From positions 32,001-96,000 of the forward strand of contig CAWDOD010000009.1 of the NCBI GenBank assembly GCA_963803805.1: 64,000 nucleotides of DNA. The letters are read 5' to 3'. Shown here one piece after another: positions 62,177 through 64,000 of this stretch. The notes beneath the pieces are model-generated. The model saw only the letters and a list, made by a program, of their open reading frames with translations, had not been told where the DNA came from and did no database searches. Source of the DNA: an uncultured cyanobacterium. GTDB lineage: Bacteria; Cyanobacteriota; Cyanobacteriia; Cyanobacteriales; CAWCAG01. The translations under genes were made by a program, and so were the position numbers. How positions within the stretch are numbered: the stretch's first letter is position 1; the number at the start of each line of letters is the position of its first letter.

Positions 62177-62998
62177 ATGAAACAAAAACATAGTATTTCT
62201 AGAAAACAGCCAGTTGCAAGTAGCTCCACTACTGCATTCACCGAAAACACGAAAAACCTTCAGGTAAAGGTAAGCCTTCCTGCAACATGGGGACTGGGAG
62301 AACGACTAGTTCCTGACCAAATGGCGTGTGATCCGACAAGTCGAAGGATTGTTGAGATTAATTTTCACCATTATGAAATTGCGGGACACTATGCTAGAGG
62401 AAAAAAAGTTTTAGACATTGCGTGCGGTGTAGGATATGGCAGTCAAATATTACACCTCGCTGGAGCAAGCAAGGTGGTGGGAGTCGATGTATGTCCAGAC
62501 ACAATACAGTATGCCCAGCAACACTACTCTGCATTTGGAATAGAGTTTGTTTGTAGTGAGGCAGAGCAGTTTGAATACCCAGAGCTATTTGATGTAGTAG
62601 TTTCATTTGAAACTCTAGAGCATCTTCGCTACCCAGAGAAATTTCTTGAACGTATTCGTAGTTACTTAACTCCAAAAGGTGAATTTTTACTGTCAGTGCC
62701 GTTAGGCGAAACGCGACACTTTGACCCTTATCATCTTCACAAATACACCAAAGGAGAAATCTTTGCTCTTCTTGAGAAAGCAGGATTTTCAATAAATCTG
62801 TATCGCTGTGACGATTTATTTTTGAGTTGTTCTGACTTGGAACATTGGGAAAAGCTTTATCCAGAGGCTCCACAACCATCAGTCTATGAGTTGCTGTTTA
62901 CTCAAAGAGGAAGAAAAGTGATGTATGACTTGATTTTTCAGGGCGGATTTAAGTTTCAGCAGCTACTTGTCAGTACTTCAGTAAATATTACTAAGTGA
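62177..62998 (+). CDS. Class I SAM-dependent methyltransferase
   Basis: VLDIACGVGYG, VVGVD and FDVVVSFETLEH motifs. Confidence 0.92.
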   Translation: MKQKHSISRKQPVASSSTTAFTENTKNLQVKVSLPATWGLGERLVPDQMACDPTSRRIVEINFHHYEIAGHYARGKKVLDIACGVGYGSQILHLAGASKVVGVDVCPDTIQYAQQHYSAFGIEFVCSEAEQFEYPELFDVVVSFETLEHLRYPEKFLERIRSYLTPKGEFLLSVPLGETRHFDPYHLHKYTKGEIFALLEKAGFSINLYRCDDLFLSCSDLEHWEKLYPEAPQPSVYELLFTQRGRKVMYDLIFQGGFKFQQLLVSTSVNITK

Positions 62999-63073
62999 AG
63001 AGTTAGTAATTGTAAGTTTGCTGAAACAAAAGCTTCAAACCGAATCATTTTAATTTTTATTAGGAAAGCTCAA

Positions 63074-64000
63074 GTGCAACTATCAGCTCCATTACCTCAA
63101 ACCTATTCCCCCGGTAGCGATATTGCTGCTGGCTTTAGACCAAATCAAATTGTCTGGGGTCGCACAGGAAACGATACCGTTTTAGGTTCTTTACCTATCA
63201 GTTTTGATACAGAAGAGCCAATAATAGATGTTCTTTTAGGAGATTTTGAAATTCCTCTACTAGTAGATCCGGTTCCTCGTGATTGGAGTGACTCTTTTGT
63301 TTTAGGAGATTGGAGTCGAGCCTATTATGCAACTGATGATTTCTTTGTCACCCAGCTAGAAGACATCGGGTTGAACAATTTTGCTGTGATTGCTGACTTC
63401 AACTCTAATCTAGATTCCATTCAGCTATACGGTACTCCATCAGACTACCAACTAACGAGTTTTACCTTTGGGACTGCAATTTGGTCGCCGAGAACAATAT
63501 TTTCAGATTTTACCTATGTACCGGATGTTATTGGGGTTTTGCCGGTATTCGACCTAGAACTAGATGCTGATTATTTTCAGTTTTTGGGCTATGCTCCCCC
63601 AGATAGACCCGAAACAAGACAATCTCAACAGATAGGAACTTCTGGTTTTGATTTCTCTAATGCTGTTGCTGTAGATGCCTCCAATAACCTTTATGTAGCA
63701 GGGGTGACAACTGGCTCTTTAGGAGATTTTTTGAATTCTGGAGTTCGCGATGTTTGGTTAAGCAAGTATAACAGTGCAGGGGAATTATTATGGACTAATC
63801 AATTTGGCAGTTCTGAAACTGATTTTGTGATTTCAATAGCAACTAACAATGCAGGTGAGTTGTATTTAACTGGATTAACAGAGGGAGATTTAGGAGGTGA
63901 AAGAGGGGAAGGAATCTCAGATGCGTGGATTGCTAAATTTGACTCTGATGGCAACCAAAGTTGGATACAAAAGATTGAGGGAACAACTGGTCGTCCCACA
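63074..64000 (+). CDS. CylK/BrtB-like protein (Ca-binding-type N-terminal domain + SBBP beta-propeller repeats); partial, runs off the window
   Basis: Not in the ORF track. Translated by hand from GTG 63074: GRTGNDTVLG, DSFVLGDW, IADFN..LDSIQLYG, then repeats VDASNNLYVAGVTTGSL...DVWLSKY...G.LLW..QFG. Confidence 0.82.
   Translation, partial: MQLSAPLPQTYSPGSDIAAGFRPNQIVWGRTGNDTVLGSLPISFDTEEPIIDVLLGDFEIPLLVDPVPRDWSDSFVLGDWSRAYYATDDFFVTQLEDIGLNNFAVIADFNSNLDSIQLYGTPSDYQLTSFTFGTAIWSPRTIFSDFTYVPDVIGVLPVFDLELDADYFQFLGYAPPDRPETRQSQQIGTSGFDFSNAVAVDASNNLYVAGVTTGSLGDFLNSGVRDVWLSKYNSAGELLWTNQFGSSETDFVISIATNNAGELYLTGLTEGDLGGERGEGISDAWIAKFDSDGNQSWIQKIEGTTGRPT

Overview
Cyanobacterial chromosomal window (abundant HIP1 GCGATCGC octamers, heptameric STRR-like spacers, Uma2 and PEP-CTERM genes). 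From left to right: the 3' end of dnaE; a 4-gene membrane redox cassette (ferric-reductase-like TM domain fused to a Rieske domain); an EamA transporter and an ATP-grasp ligase; CHAT-protease/sigma cassette 1 (6.3-15.7 kb, minus strand, one gene split by an IS4 element); a ~3,800-aa secreted-type protein gene (DUF4114, S8 protease, long coiled coil, hydrophobic helices, C39-like protease) broken by an IS982 element and a frameshift; small accessory genes and IS remnants; CHAT-protease/sigma cassette 2 (34.0-50.9 kb, minus strand); and the start of a halogenated-lipid gene cluster (FAAL, ACP, CylC-type halogenase, PKS with terminal reductase, glycosyltransferase, methyltransferase, CylK/BrtB-like beta-propeller) that runs off the right edge. 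The strongest candidate for an undescribed system is the pair of cassettes. They carry a matching parts list in shuffled order (sigma-like factor, DUF1822, membrane-anchored CHAT protease, secreted CHAT protease, TPS/haemagglutinin protein, small exported protein), which suggests a trans-envelope caspase-like proteolytic cascade controlling a sigma factor. All family calls come from motif recognition by eye; no searches were run.
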